From the NCBI RefSeq assembly GCF_006345805.1, contig NW_021836415.1, forward strand, positions 1 through 24,296: a stretch of 24,296 nucleotides of DNA, given 5' to 3'. The stretch is from Octopus sinensis. Lineage: Eukaryota. Position numbers and translations under genes: made by a program. Below the pieces are notes generated by a model. It did not search any database. It was not told the DNA's origin and saw nothing but the letters and a program-made list of their open reading frames with translations. Positions 9,609-21,376 of this stretch are shown here, one piece after another (position 1 is the first letter of the stretch; each line of letters starts with the position of its first letter).

Positions 9609-9746
9609 ATACCAAACTCATTCCCTATGGATACAGTATTTATTACAACGAGTGGCTTGTAAACGTATCTAACTTTCGCTCGTTAGATACGTTTACAAGC
9701 CACTCGTTGTAATAAATACGGTATCCATAGGGAATTAGTTTGGTAT
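9609..9746. repeat. Palindrome: 65-bp arms, 8-nt loop, 2 mismatches
   Basis: 9609-9673 is the reverse complement of 9682-9746. Confidence 0.95.
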
Positions 9747-10079
9747 TCTCTCTTTTATATTGCCATATTGAAATGACTTTACCACATGACATATGTTTGT
9801 AAATGCTTCAGTAAAAACAGACTTAGTATAGGGGTGACACAGCCAAATCATATCATATTCCCCACATCCAAAAAGAGAGAGAATGCTTAAGGAAATTTGC
9901 CAGAAAATGAATATTCACAAGTGAAGCCAGACCATGGCTGGTCTCTCTCTCTCACTGAGACATAAGAATAACTGAATGGGTTAAGGAGAATTGATTGAAT
10001 CTGGAGTAGATTCAAAAAGGATTGGATTTGACTGAGAATAATCGACTGTTGGTCTATCATTATTCATTTGATTTTCAGT

Positions 10080-10640
10080 GTCATTTTGGGAACTTTGCAA
10101 GGTGATTGATTTCACAGAGAGACATTACTTTCATGACCCTTTGAGTATCAGATCTGAAATCTGCCAGATTAAGACAGATATATGGGATTTCTCTGAAGGG
10201 TCTCTGGAGTAATGTTACCCAATAGGATGTATAGTTCAGAGATCTGGGAGTCTCTCCAGGTTGAGCCACTTCTTCACATCTCTGGTACCTAGGACATGTG
10301 ATCAGAATGTCGCAGGAATGAATTACAAGACAGGTTCTCAAAGTCAAACCAATGGAGTAGGAGACCCAGGGGTAGACCAAGCACTAAATAGTTGGATGAT
10401 ATCCATAGACTTAGTTGTTGATGCTTGGGAATCCAACCAAAATATGTAATGATGGTTACATCTGATAGGCCCCAATGGAAGAAATGCCAGGGGACTCTAT
10501 CCCCACAACTATCCCAGAAATATTGAGCAGAAGAAATGAATGGATCAAATGGTTTGCCTGTTGGTACCCTATGTTGATTCTTTAGGTTCTCATACACTTT
10601 TGCCTTCACAAACACATCTGCCATCGGTTTACCTTAAAAG
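10080..10640 (-). mobile_element. Possible decayed LINE C-terminal fragment (I/Nimb-like CCHC region)
   Basis: Broken minus frame TRINIGYQQANHLIHSFLL...SLHILVGFPS loosely resembles TRLRIGHT.LTHS.LL...HILI.C; weak match. Confidence 0.3.
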
Positions 10641-10889
10641 ATTCTCAAGTGTAAACTTCAATTAATGTTTTTTTTTGAAATCACCTTTAATTTAACCACT
10701 TTGTTATTTTTCTCATCATCCCTAGAAATAGAAAACAATGTCTTATAATTTTCTTGTTTCTTAGCTATTTTTTTATATTTCTCTCTTGAAATAGTTTCTT
10801 TGTTATGTTTATAACAACACACATCTTTTATATTATTGTTAATATTGTTGATGTTGTGTTTGCATTCTCTATTGTTGTGTCTTTTGCAG

Positions 10890-11089
10890 CAATTTTTTTA
10901 GGAGTTGATACAACTAAACTGAAAATTGATGATGAGTCTATTGACGCTGTAAAACAAGGCTACCTGATGCTTTACGAATGGTTCAGGAATTGCGACCCAG
11001 AAACACGGACACACGCAACATTACGTGCAGCTCTTGAAGAAGCTGAATGTGTCGCTGCGATGGAATGTCTGTCATTAGACGCAAAGTGA
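10890..11089 (+). CDS. Terminal coding exon: Death-domain helices 2-6 and stop
   Basis: Acceptor gtgtcttttgcag|, phase 1. Reads AIFLGVDTTKLKIDDESIDAVKQGYLMLYEWFRNCDPETRTHATLRAALEEAECVAAMECLSLDAK*, with the Death-domain Q.y.ML..W....AT...L..AL signature. TGA at 11087-11089. Confidence 0.9.
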
Positions 11090-11331
11090 ATTTCTGTGTA
11101 ACTGTTGTTGTTTAGCCTCAGATTAACCTCGACCAAACAGAGACTTATGATCAAACGCATTCCAGCCAGGACCATCATGCCTATTTCCAAAGAGAACCCA
11201 CAACCACATTGTCCAATATGCCCTTCTGTACAGTGGTATCGTGTGAATTTAGCTACTAATTCTAGCAGGTATATCAACCACATAGTGATCCCTTCACTGG
11301 TTTGGCTCCTTTGTTAAAAATTCACATTTAA

Positions 11332-11337
11332 AATAAA
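11332..11337 (+). terminator. First candidate polyadenylation signal (AATAAA) after the stop
   Basis: AATAAA ~240 nt after the stop, followed by GT-rich sequence. Further AATAAA hexamers lie downstream, so usage is uncertain. Confidence 0.35.
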
Positions 11338-12745
11338 GACAAACTTTGAAATGTCCATTTACTGTTGTTGCTGTTGTTGTATATCTAACCCCCCCCCCAA
11401 GCAACCCCATTGTTATATAGACAGTTTTAATATCTTCTGCTATATTGATAGCTATCTACCTTCATTTTTAGCTGAGAGTAGAATGCCTGGTATATATATA
11501 TATTGATGCCTTTTCCCTTTATATATCCTATAGAGATAGTATTTCTATATAATACATGATGTATCTAAGGATATATCTCACTTTGTCCTGTTGTGGTTTA
11601 AGACAGGCTTCTCCAAAGTGGTGGTGGTTGAATAAAAATTCAGTGGGTTTTGAGTGCAATATACTATATTTTAATTTTATATTCTTACTTTATGACCTTC
11701 GTTATTTACTAATGACTGCAATTTCCGTCAGTAAAAATAAAACTTCACTATTATACATATGAAAATAAATCAAAAAAATTATAATTAAACAAAGCTGTAG
11801 CTGTGCTGAAAAATCCTGACACAACATTTGTTGTTTTAATTGCATGTGATTGTGGAAAAGCCACAGTGTCTCCCTCTTCTTAAGTAACTTCAGATAAAGG
11901 AAGAGTACAATTCTTCCCTACAATATTTACCTTCATATTACTCCACTGTTATTTTAATTTGAAATTAGATTTCAAGTTCTTACAGCAGAGACCAAGATTA
12001 AATAAGTAAAACACATGAGACCTTTATGTACATTATAAGATGTGACAGGAAGCTCTACCGAGCAGACTTTTGTGGAATTGGAAAGGAAGATTCATAAGTA
12101 TTCTCCACTTTTTATTGGATTCTTTTGTGATAGAAGTGAACAAACCTGATTGTTTTCAAATAAATAATCAAGATATTTAAATTCGATAAAAATAAACTTT
12201 ATTCAGAAATTGATAATTACTATTAAAGCAAAACGAAATGTTACCGGTGAGTGTGTTAAATAATAAGGCACTAAAAGAGAATGACTCTCCCCAGACACAA
12301 CAAAATTATTTTGTATCAAACTTTGTACAAAATTCTTCTAAATAAATTGATAACATAAGTTTCTGATTTTTTGCTTGGATAACTGGGGGAGAAATTCTAT
12401 TCACACATTATATGCCATGTAAATACACAACAAAATAGTAAAGCTGTTCAAAGCTATAGGTTACTGTTTATATAGACCAGCTGGAGCAAATTTAGTTTAA
12501 CATTTAATGCGTAACAATAAACTCATTTATAAAAGTGTTTTCTATAAATTGAGAAAACGTAAGACTTTTAGTGACTTTATAAAACTAAAAAGAGTAACTT
12601 CAAACTTTGAAGACCCCAGACAAATTCCTTTACTGACTGAGATCTTCATCTTGTTCTGGTCAATGACTGTCAAAGTAATTTTCATATTTTAAAAGCATCA
12701 AAAGGAAAATATGTTGCCCAGAGAAGAGAGGTTGAATTTGTCAAA

Positions 12746-12887
12746 TTATAAAAGCACAGAGTATAATGATGGACTGGACATTTTCTTTAGATTAATGATC
12801 AGAGGATCCCTAAACAGATGCTATATGCTAGACTTCTTTATGGAAAGAGCCCCCAGTAGAAACGAAGACTACGATTTAAGGACTGTG
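12746..12887 (+). mobile_element. Decayed RTE LINE 3' ORF fragment
   Basis: [37 protein letters not shown] is homologous to WAGHVSRMSNTRIPKQLFYGELSQGKRKVGGQKKRFKDS at ~16260-16380. Confidence 0.75.
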
Positions 12888-13022
12888 TATATATACATAT
12901 ACATATACATACATATATATATATATGTATATATATGTATGTATCTATATATGTATATATATGTATGTATCTATATATGTACATATATATGTATATATGT
13001 ACATATATTTATTTATATATAT
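12888..13022. repeat. (TA)/(TACA)/(TATG) microsatellite
   Basis: Visible directly. Confidence 0.95.
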
Positions 13023-13710
13023 TACGGAGATGTACTTGTATAGCGAGTGACTTGATCTGAGATCGTGTGCTGGAACGAAAACAATTGCAGCGTGGAAGGT
13101 GTTTATAAGCCTTCCACGCTGCAATTGTTATATATATATAGATACTTAGTTATTTTAATATTTCTATTATATATATATATATATATAAAAACTGAGCGGA
13201 TACTTACCAGGCTGAAAAAATGTACTTTAATGAGGTCAATTGGTTCGACTAAAAATACTGCAAGGCGGTAACCCAGCATGGGCGCAATTTAATGACTGAA
13301 AAAAGTAAAAAAAAAGAAGAAGCAATATACGAAAATTGTCATCGATGTCAACAAGTTCTCCGTCGCTCTTTCACGAATTCAGCGAAACAGAAATGAAAGC
13401 ACACACACACACACACACACATATTGGCTGACCCACACACTCATACAATTTCTTCAGAATGTCACGGTTTTAAGGTCAACATTTTAAAAGCATAAATAGC
13501 TACGAGCGTGCGTCTTTGCATGTATCTATATGTGTGGGTGTTTGTGCGTGTTTGAGCACAGTCCACCCATACCCAAGGTGGTCGCATCGTCTCATTTGAC
13601 CCAGCCACGAAATTTTTTTTCTCCCACGAGAGTTCCGGATCCCACTAATGAACTCATTTGCATACAACCAGTCAGAGCTCACCTTCAACTTGTTGTCAGG
13701 TTAATAAACA

Positions 13711-13866
13711 GGAGTGTCTGTATGGGAAGTAGCTCGCTTACCAACCACATGGTTCCGGGTTCAATCCCACTACGTGGCATCATGGGCAAATGTCTTCTAC
13801 CATAGCCTACGGACCGACCAAAGCTTTGTCACGGAAACAGAAGGAAGCCTGTCGTATATATGAATA

Positions 13867-13902
<36 letters not shown>

Positions 13903-14126
13903 TGTATGTGTGTGTGTATGTTTCTGTGTCTGGGTTTGTCCGCCCAACATAGTTTCACAACCGATGCTGGTGTGTTTACGTCCCCGTCACTTAGCGGTTC
14001 AGCAAAAGAGACCGATAGAATAAGTACTGGGCTTACAAAGAATAAGTCCCGGGGTCGATTTGCTCGACTAAAGCTGGTGCTCCAGCATGGCCGCAGTCGA
14101 ATGACTGAAACAAGTAAAAAAAAAAA
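13711..14126 (+). mobile_element. Near full-length tRNA-derived SINE (family of 7241-7646)
   Basis: Collinear with 7241-7646, including head, (TATG)n core and tail. Confidence 0.9.
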
Positions 14127-14212
14127 TATATATATATGTATCTATATATCTATATATCTATCTATCTATTTATCTATCTATATATCTATCTATCTTTATA
14201 TATACCTTTAAG

Positions 14213-14532
14213 TGAAGGCGCGTGGCTTATTGGTTTGGGCATTCGGCTCACGATCGTAAGGTTGTGAGTTCGATTCCCAGCGACGCGTTGTGTCCTTGAG
14301 CAAGACACTCTATTTCACGTTGCTCCAGTCCACTCAGCTGGCAAAAATGAATTGTACTTGTATTTCAAAGGGTCAGCCTTATCACTCTCTGTGTCACGCT
14401 GATTATCCCCGAGAACTACGTTAAGGGTACACGTGTCTGTGGAATGCTCAGCCATTTGCACGTTAATTTCACGAGCAGGCTGTTCCGTTGATCGTATCAG
14501 CTGGGACCCTCGGCGTAACCGGCGGAGTCATT
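14213..14532 (+). mobile_element. Full-length tRNA-derived SINE, second family, with a 14-bp TSD
   Basis: A-box tggcttattgg, B-box gttcgattccc; TATATATACCTTTA at 14197-14210 and 14546-14559. Confidence 0.88.
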
Positions 14533-14574
14533 AAAAAAATATATATATATATACCTTTATAAATGTACGTACGT

Positions 14575-14677
14575 ACCTACCTACCTACCTACCTACCTAC
14601 CTACCTACCTACCATACATACATACATACATACATACATACATACATACATACATACATACATACATACATACATAC

Positions 14678-14717
<40 letters not shown>
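14575..14717. repeat. (CCTA)n-(CATA)n-(GATA)n compound microsatellite
   Basis: Visible directly. Confidence 0.95.
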
Positions 14718-15174
14718 GTGTATATACTCAGACACGCATATCTGAAACAAAATAATAACCTGATCAAATGCAAAGGGTCGTACTAGATATTGTTATTACT
14801 TTATATAGTTGTGGCGTGTAATTAAATGTAAATTATAATTGTTAAAGGTATCAGCAGGAAGCTTGCATGCGTATGTGTGTCTGTTGGTGCGCCAATGCTC
14901 GTGTCCCCTTCGCAAGCGAAAAACGAACCCATTTCAATTCGAAACTCTCACGTCGTTTTATATGACGCAAGGGAAGTAATTCTAGATGTTATTTTTTATA
15001 CCCTCCAGCCTTCATCAGGTGTCTTGGGGAAATTTGAAACCTGAGTTCACATTCCTAAGGTATTTTTATGTGCCTGTATCTATAGTTATATTTCTCTCTC
15101 TTCTCTCTCTCTCCCTCCCTCTCTCTCTCTCCCTCCCTCTCTCTCTCTCCTCGCACACATATATGTATATATAC

Positions 15175-15217
<43 letters not shown>

Positions 15218-15308
15218 CAGACAGAGAAGTATAAAGACAAGTAGTGTGTATGTTCATACACTTCTTGTGCGCCTGTATGAATAGCAGACAATAACAAAAG
15301 AAAATCCA

Positions 15309-15630
15309 AAAAATTAACGAGAAATATCATAGAAGCCAGAATATTTTTTGTCTTTGGAAAAGGTGAAGATATATTTATGCCTCACTTAAGTTTAATACCT
15401 TCAAATATTCCCTTCGAACTCAAACGACTTCAATTTCCAATACGTCAGTCTCTTGCGATGTCCATTGATAAGTACCAAGATCAGACATTCAAAGTTACTT
15501 CTTTGCAATTAGAGAAGGCTTGTTTTTCACACAGACATATCCTGGGGTTCCCGTGTGGGGAGCAAAGACAATTTTTTCATTTTCACCCCTACAGGTAAAA
15601 CTCAAACCAATGTCTGTTTGGACGTTTTTA
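15309..15630 (+). mobile_element. Helitron RepHel fragment (C-terminus of PIF1-like helicase), frameshifted
   Basis: KKLTRNIIEA...GKGEDIFMPHLSLIPSNIPFELKRLQFPIRQSLAMSIDKYQDQTFKV...CFSH...GSKDNFFIFTPTGKTQTNV matches the Helitron pattern IPRIPLIP...F.RLQFPVRLAFAMTINKSQGQ...FSHGQLYV..SRV. Confidence 0.88.
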
Positions 15631-15893
15631 GCATGGGATCAACGGACAAGATTTGCAGAATGAATAAAAACTTTGAATTGAAATTGTCAACGCAACACTA
15701 TATTCGCATAAGAAAATGTGTTTCTATTTTTTGGTTGTTGTAATACTGAAGTTCAATAATTCCGTTGTGTCTGGAGAGAATCATTTTCTTTTTGTGCCTT
15801 ATTATGTAAAACACTCACCGGTAAAATTCCCACTTTTTTCTTATTTTTATTGTCCTAAAATTTTCGTTGCGTCTTGCAACCTATATACATATG

Positions 15894-15948
<55 letters not shown>

Positions 15949-15954
15949 ATATAT

Positions 15955-16700
15955 CATCATCAACAGAATCTCCAAGGCAAGCAGCGCGTTTGGGAGACTG
16001 CGAAAGAAAGTCTGGGAGCGGAGAGGAATCAGCCTCAACACCAAGCTGAAAGTCTACCGGGCAGTCGTGCTTACCACCCTACTATACGGTTGCGAGACGT
16101 GGACTGCTTACCGAAGTCACGAGCGCCAGATAAACTACTTCCACCTCAGGTGTCTTCGGAACCTCCTTCACATCCGCTGGCAGGACAAAGTCCCAGACAC
16201 GGAAGTTCTGAAGCAGGCAGATCTCCCTAGCACCATCACGGTCATGCGCAAGGCCCAGCTGAGATGGGCGGGCCACGTCTCCCGCATGTCCAACACTCGC
16301 ATCCCAAAACAGCTCTTCTACGGTGAACTCAGCCAGGGCAAACGCAAAGTCGGAGGGCAGAAGAAGCGCTTCAAGGATAGTCTCAAGGTCTCTCTCAAAG
16401 ACTTCTCCATCGGCACAGAGACTTGGGAGACACTTGCTGCCGACCGCTCATCCTGGCGCAGCGCAATCACCACAGGAGCAAAGACAGCCGAGGAGAGACG
16501 GATTCAGTCAGCAGAGCAGAAACGCCAGATGCGGAAAGCCAGAGCCGCCTGCACCAGTAGCACGGCCCCTACCCACTTCTGCCCCACCTGTGGGAGGGGG
16601 CTTCCTTGCCCGGATTGGCCTCACCAGCCACCTCCGGTCTCATAGCGGCAGTTCCACCAGATGATGTAAGTGGTCATCTTCGAACCCGAAGGATGAACAT
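15955..16700 (+). mobile_element. Young 5'-truncated RTE (BovB-like) LINE with C-terminal C2H2 finger and short 3' UTR
   Basis: Open frame RISKASSAFGRL...KLKVYRAVVLTTLLYGCETW...LRWAGHVSRM...RIPKQLFYGEL...CPTCGRG; a +1 frameshift in the G run at 16596-16600 precedes FLARIGLTSHLRSH. GC-rich; inserted in (TA)n. Confidence 0.95.
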
Positions 16701-16731
<31 letters not shown>

Positions 16732-17355
16732 CGCGGGAAAGAAGCAACAAGAATGGATAGGTTTTTAGTACAATCGTTTCATACAAGGACAGGCTTTATT
16801 AAAAGTTGTAAAAATTACAGCATATAAACGTGTCCCGTACTCATCAGCTAAAATACATGTGAGTTCTCTAGACATCCTAGTGGTTGAGGCTATACTCATG
16901 AAGTAATGTAGATAATTAAGTAACATAAACATAAACAGATTTCCAAAGTTCATTACAGTTCTTTAAAGATGATGTACAGTCTTATCACAGAATTTTAAAA
17001 AAGTTTTAATAGCATCACAGAGAAGGTGACCTAATCCATAGACACATATGAATTTCCAGAGATATGATGAGGGATTACATACTCACAGAAGACAAATTTA
17101 TCCATTGTTAATCACAACGAGGTGGGTCTCAATTCCTGCTTATTAGCATTACAGAGAGGGTGAATTAATCCTTTGTATAGATGCACAATCTCCAATGGTG
17201 TAGATGTAAATTTCCAGAGAAATGAAGAGGAATTTCATATTCACAGGCGATAAATTTATCAGTGGTTGAACACAATGAGGTAGGTATCAATTCTTGTTAT
17301 ATGATTAGGTATTTGCCACATTAATCACATTACTGCTATTTACAAGAGGCTGTAG

Positions 17356-17471
<116 letters not shown>

Positions 17472-17539
17472 TTGCAAGTGCAATAAAAATTAGAAAAAAA
17501 GTGGGAATTTTACCGGTCAGTGTGTTATATTATAACATC

Positions 17540-17842
17540 CGAAAGGATGAAAGGCAAAGTCGACGTCTGCGGAATTTGAACCCAGAACGTAACGGCAGAC
17601 GAAATACCTATTTCTTTACTACCCACAAAGAGCTAAACACAGAGGGGACAAACAAGGACAGACAAACGGATTAAGTCGATTATATCGACCCCAGAGCGTA
17701 ACTGGTACTTATTTAACCGACTCCGAAAGGATGAAAGGCAAGGTCGACCTCGGCGGAATTTGAACCCAGAACGTGACGGCAGACGAAATACTGCTAAGCA
17801 TTTCGCCCGGGCATGCTAACGTTTCTGCCAGCTCGCGCCTTA
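17540..17842 (-). mobile_element. SINE, third family: one head-containing copy plus a partial duplicate
   Basis: Two successive ccgaaaggatgaaaggcaa.gtcgac...gaatttgaacccagaacgt blocks. Confidence 0.85.
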
Positions 17843-18249
17843 ATAAAAGCGAAATTCCCTTGTGCCTGTGACCCCTGTCCCTCAGTCTACATAGACATAT
17901 TCTACCTTTTGGAATCAGGATGATCCCAGGATTGAAACTCTGCTCTTCATTTGGTTCTTGAAGATCCAGTATTGGGATGTGGTTTAAAACCATTTTGGCT
18001 GCTATTTCTAGCAGATAAAGCCACAGTGGGAGGTACAAGAGTTACGTCCCTTAGTTTTAAAGTGTTACCAAGGAATTTTGTAGTTTTTTTCACTTTTTCA
18101 GTTATTAGACTGCGGCCACGCTGGGGCACCGCATTGAAGAATTTTAATCTAAGAAATTGACACCAGTTATTTCTCATTTTTGTCTGGTAGATTTTATTGG
18201 CCTTTTATAGCGAACCGCTAAGTCACATGGAGATAAACGTAAACGACAG

Positions 18250-18639
18250 ACACACACACAAAGCCACAATACACGCACGCACACAGACACACACACATAC
18301 ATACATACATACGTACATACATACATACATACATACATACATACGTATATACATACGTACATACATACATACATACATACATACATACATACATACATAC
18401 ATACACATATAATACGTACATACTTACGTACATACATACATACATACATACACATACATACATACGTACATACGTACATGCATACGTATATACAGACGTA
18501 CAGACGTACATACACGCATACATAATACATACACACATACTTACGTACATACGTACATACACACACACATACATACATACATAATACATACATACGTACA
18601 TACGTACATACATACCACATACATACACACAGAAATGTA

Positions 18640-18670
<31 letters not shown>
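18250..18670. repeat. Long (TACA)n/(TACG)n compound microsatellite
   Basis: Visible directly. Confidence 0.95.
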
Positions 18671-18672
<2 letters not shown>

Positions 18673-18737
18673 CACCCCCACCACCCTGCCCTGTCCCTAG
18701 CCACATTCAGATGGCTGATCCCCCTTATGTGGTATAT

Positions 18738-19507
18738 ATCATCATCGTTTAACGTCAGTTTTCCATGCTAGCATGGGTTGGACGGTTCGACCGTGGTCTG
18801 AGAAGCCAGGAGGCTGCACCAGGCTCCAATCTGATCTTGCAGTGTCTCTACAGCTGGATGCCCTTCCTAACGCCAACCACTCTGTGAGTTTAGAGGGCGC
18901 TTCTTACGTGCCACCAGCACAGGTACCCCAAGAGGCTGGCAACGGTCACGATCGGTTGGTGCTTTTTATGTGCCCCCAGCACGGAAGCCAGTCAAGACGG
19001 CGGTGGCATCAGCCTCGTTGAGATGGTGTTTTGTATGTGCCACTGGCACGGGTATCACAACTACAATTTCCATTTGACTTTTATTTCGATGTTGATGTAC
19101 TTGACTCAGTAGGTCTCCTCAAGCACAGCAGGTCACCCTACGATCCAAGGTAAGCACAGTAGGCCGTCCTGCGATCCAAGGTATTTTCGATGGGTTGGGG
19201 CTGTTATGTGAAGCTGGTGCAGGAAACAGCCTCACGTTATTTGTCGGGTCTTCGCTGTCACAGCATATCTCCAGAGGTCTCGGTCTTTCGTCATTGCCTC
19301 TGTGAGGCCCAACGCTCGAAGATCAAGCTTGATCTCCTTATTCCATGTCTTCCTGGGTCTACCTCTACCCCGGATACCTTCAACTGTTTGGGAGTGGCAC
19401 TTCTTCGCACATCTCTCCTCATCCATCCGGAGTACATGACTATACCAGCGCAAACTTCTTTCTTGCATGCCACATCCGATGCTTGTTATGTCCAGCATTT
19501 CTCTCAT
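18738..19507 (-). mobile_element. 5'-truncated RTE LINE: ORF end plus 3' UTR ending in (GAT)n
   Basis: MQERSLRWYSHVLRMDEER...GRGRPRKTW...DRDLWR (19507-19232), then a UTR homologous to 19582-19898 with tail cgttaaacgatgatg. Confidence 0.85.
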
Positions 19508-19581
19508 ATATATATATTATTTTAGATATATTATATATATTCAATTCGAATCGAAATCGAATTGAACCAGCCAGGACCCCT

Positions 19582-19898
19582 GGTCTGGTGGTACGTAAAA
19601 AGCACTATCCGACTCGTGGCCGATACCAGCGCCGCCTCGACTGGCTTCCGTGCCGGTGGCACGTAAAATGCACCAATCCGACCGTGGCCGTTGCCAGCCT
19701 CGCCTGGCACCTGTGCAGGTGGCACGTAAAAAGCACCCACTACACTCTCGGAGTGGTTGGCGTTAGGAAGGGCATCCAGCTGTAGAAACATTGCCAGATA
19801 AGACTGGAGCCTGGTGCAGCCTTCTGGCTTCCCAGATCCCCGGTCGAACCGTCCAACCCATGCTAGCATGGAGAATGGACATTAAACAATGATGATGA
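19582..19898 (+). mobile_element. RTE 3' UTR-only copy (or RTE-dependent SINE) with (GAT)n tail
   Basis: Inverted homologue of 18740-19050, including the ggcgttaggaagggcatccagc core. Confidence 0.85.
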
Positions 19899-20609
19899 TT
19901 TTATTTTTATTTTATCTAGTTTCATCTCACGAGCTGTGACCATGCTGGGGCACCACCATTCTGCTGGGGCACCGCCATTATATATAGATAGATAGATAGA
20001 TAGATTTATCTCTCTGTCTAAATGGAATAAGTATAAAAATGAATATTGTCAATTTAATTAAAAAGATCCATATGTGGCTGAAGAGTGCTTTACATTTTAA
20101 ATCTGATGTAATACTTACATTGTTTAATTAAATGAAGTAGCATGAAACGATTGTACTACACTACCTTTGGATATCCTTGTTGCTTGTATTGATTATATAT
20201 ATATATATTATATATATATAAACATATATGGCGACTCCGGCACTCGGGCCATTCGAGCTTAGCCCGAATATAAATTTAATAAGGTGGACGTGTATTTATA
20301 AGCTGATTTCTGCCAACACTGACTTCAAGTATGTAATTGCAGCCAATAACTTGGGCTCCTTTTATTGAGCCTGGTCGCTGTTGGTTTATTTTCGTTCACC
20401 GTCTGTGTCAGAAAATATCATTCGTAGTAGACGTTCTCTCGACATCGTTCACACGCGCCTGACTCGGGCTCAGAAGTTACAGCCCGAGTTGTTATCAATA
20501 ATCGTAAAAATTAAAATTAATTCAAATACAATATTTTCTTGAAACTATAAATTTTTTGAGAGATTAATATTTAAATTCAAATCCATGAAAAGTTTCCGTT
20601 CTGTAATAT

Positions 20610-21005
20610 TTTTAGAGGAACGTTATATGAAATTGTCACCCATAGTTATGACCCTAGTATCGATCTATTGCATTTCGATATGTTTTAGGGTTAGTTAGGG
20701 TTAGGGTTAGGGATGGGGGAAGGGTATCTTTTTTTCTTCAGAAATGTAAATAAACCCAATCTTAAACGAGGGACATATTCATACGGCACAGAATGTTTTT
20801 TTTACCTCAATAGACGTCATTGATTGGTTGAAATTGCAGAAATTGTAGAAAAAAACAACAAATATCTTACATACTATAGAATTTTCTCAATAAAGCCAAG
20901 AGAAAAAGATGTTTTATAAACACATTCTACCAGTATACGAAGTTTAAAATGTTTTAGTTACGTGGAAATTACTTTAAAAAACTGCCGTTCAAACAGAAAA
21001 GATCC
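20610..21005. mobile_element. Non-autonomous DNA element containing interstitial (TTAGGG)n
   Basis: TTAGGG run at 20685-20712; distinct end aaaaactgccgttcaaacagaaaagatcc. Helentron/HINE-like class is an inference. Confidence 0.5.
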
Positions 21006-21376
21006 GGAACGAAAATTTATCCAGCAACTCGGGCTAATAGGAACGAGCCTGGTAGGTGTAAAAGACAAACTGGCATCTCTTGTCAAGATTACAAGCGACA
21101 GTCAGATCGCTGATGTTTGCTTGTGCACTCCCCTGTCGTAATTTCATTGCTCTTACTCTGTGCATCTGTGCGCAAAGATCAGTTGTGTTTTGCAGGGTTG
21201 CTTTATTTTAATCTTTAACTTAGAAACGGAGAAAGACATCGTGTTAGATGTAAAAAAAATAAGCCATTTGGGGCTAGAAATAAAGCGCGAAAACGGAAAT
21301 TCTTCGAGTAGAAATGTGTCTTATACGAAGACTGTGATGAGCCCGTGTGACGCTGATGACCTGGAATCGCCCCCTG

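Noticed and set aside
11105-11317. 70-aa ORF with CPIC just after the stop codon
   Set aside because: Lies in the presumed 3' UTR, has no ATG start and no recognisable domain.
14995-15030. Minus-strand CTGATGAAGGCTGGAGGGTATA, a hammerhead-like 5' half
   Set aside because: The 3' arm of stem II and the GAAA are missing, so at most a truncated relic.
15716-16645. 309-aa ORF, the longest in the window
   Set aside because: Not a host gene: chance open sequence and (TA)n fused to an RTE LINE fragment.
17040-17280. Resemblance to a decayed C2H2 zinc-finger array (TEDKFIHC / TGDKFISG vs TGEKPYHC)
   Set aside because: The period is 134-158 bp rather than 84 bp, and the Cys/His spacing is absent.
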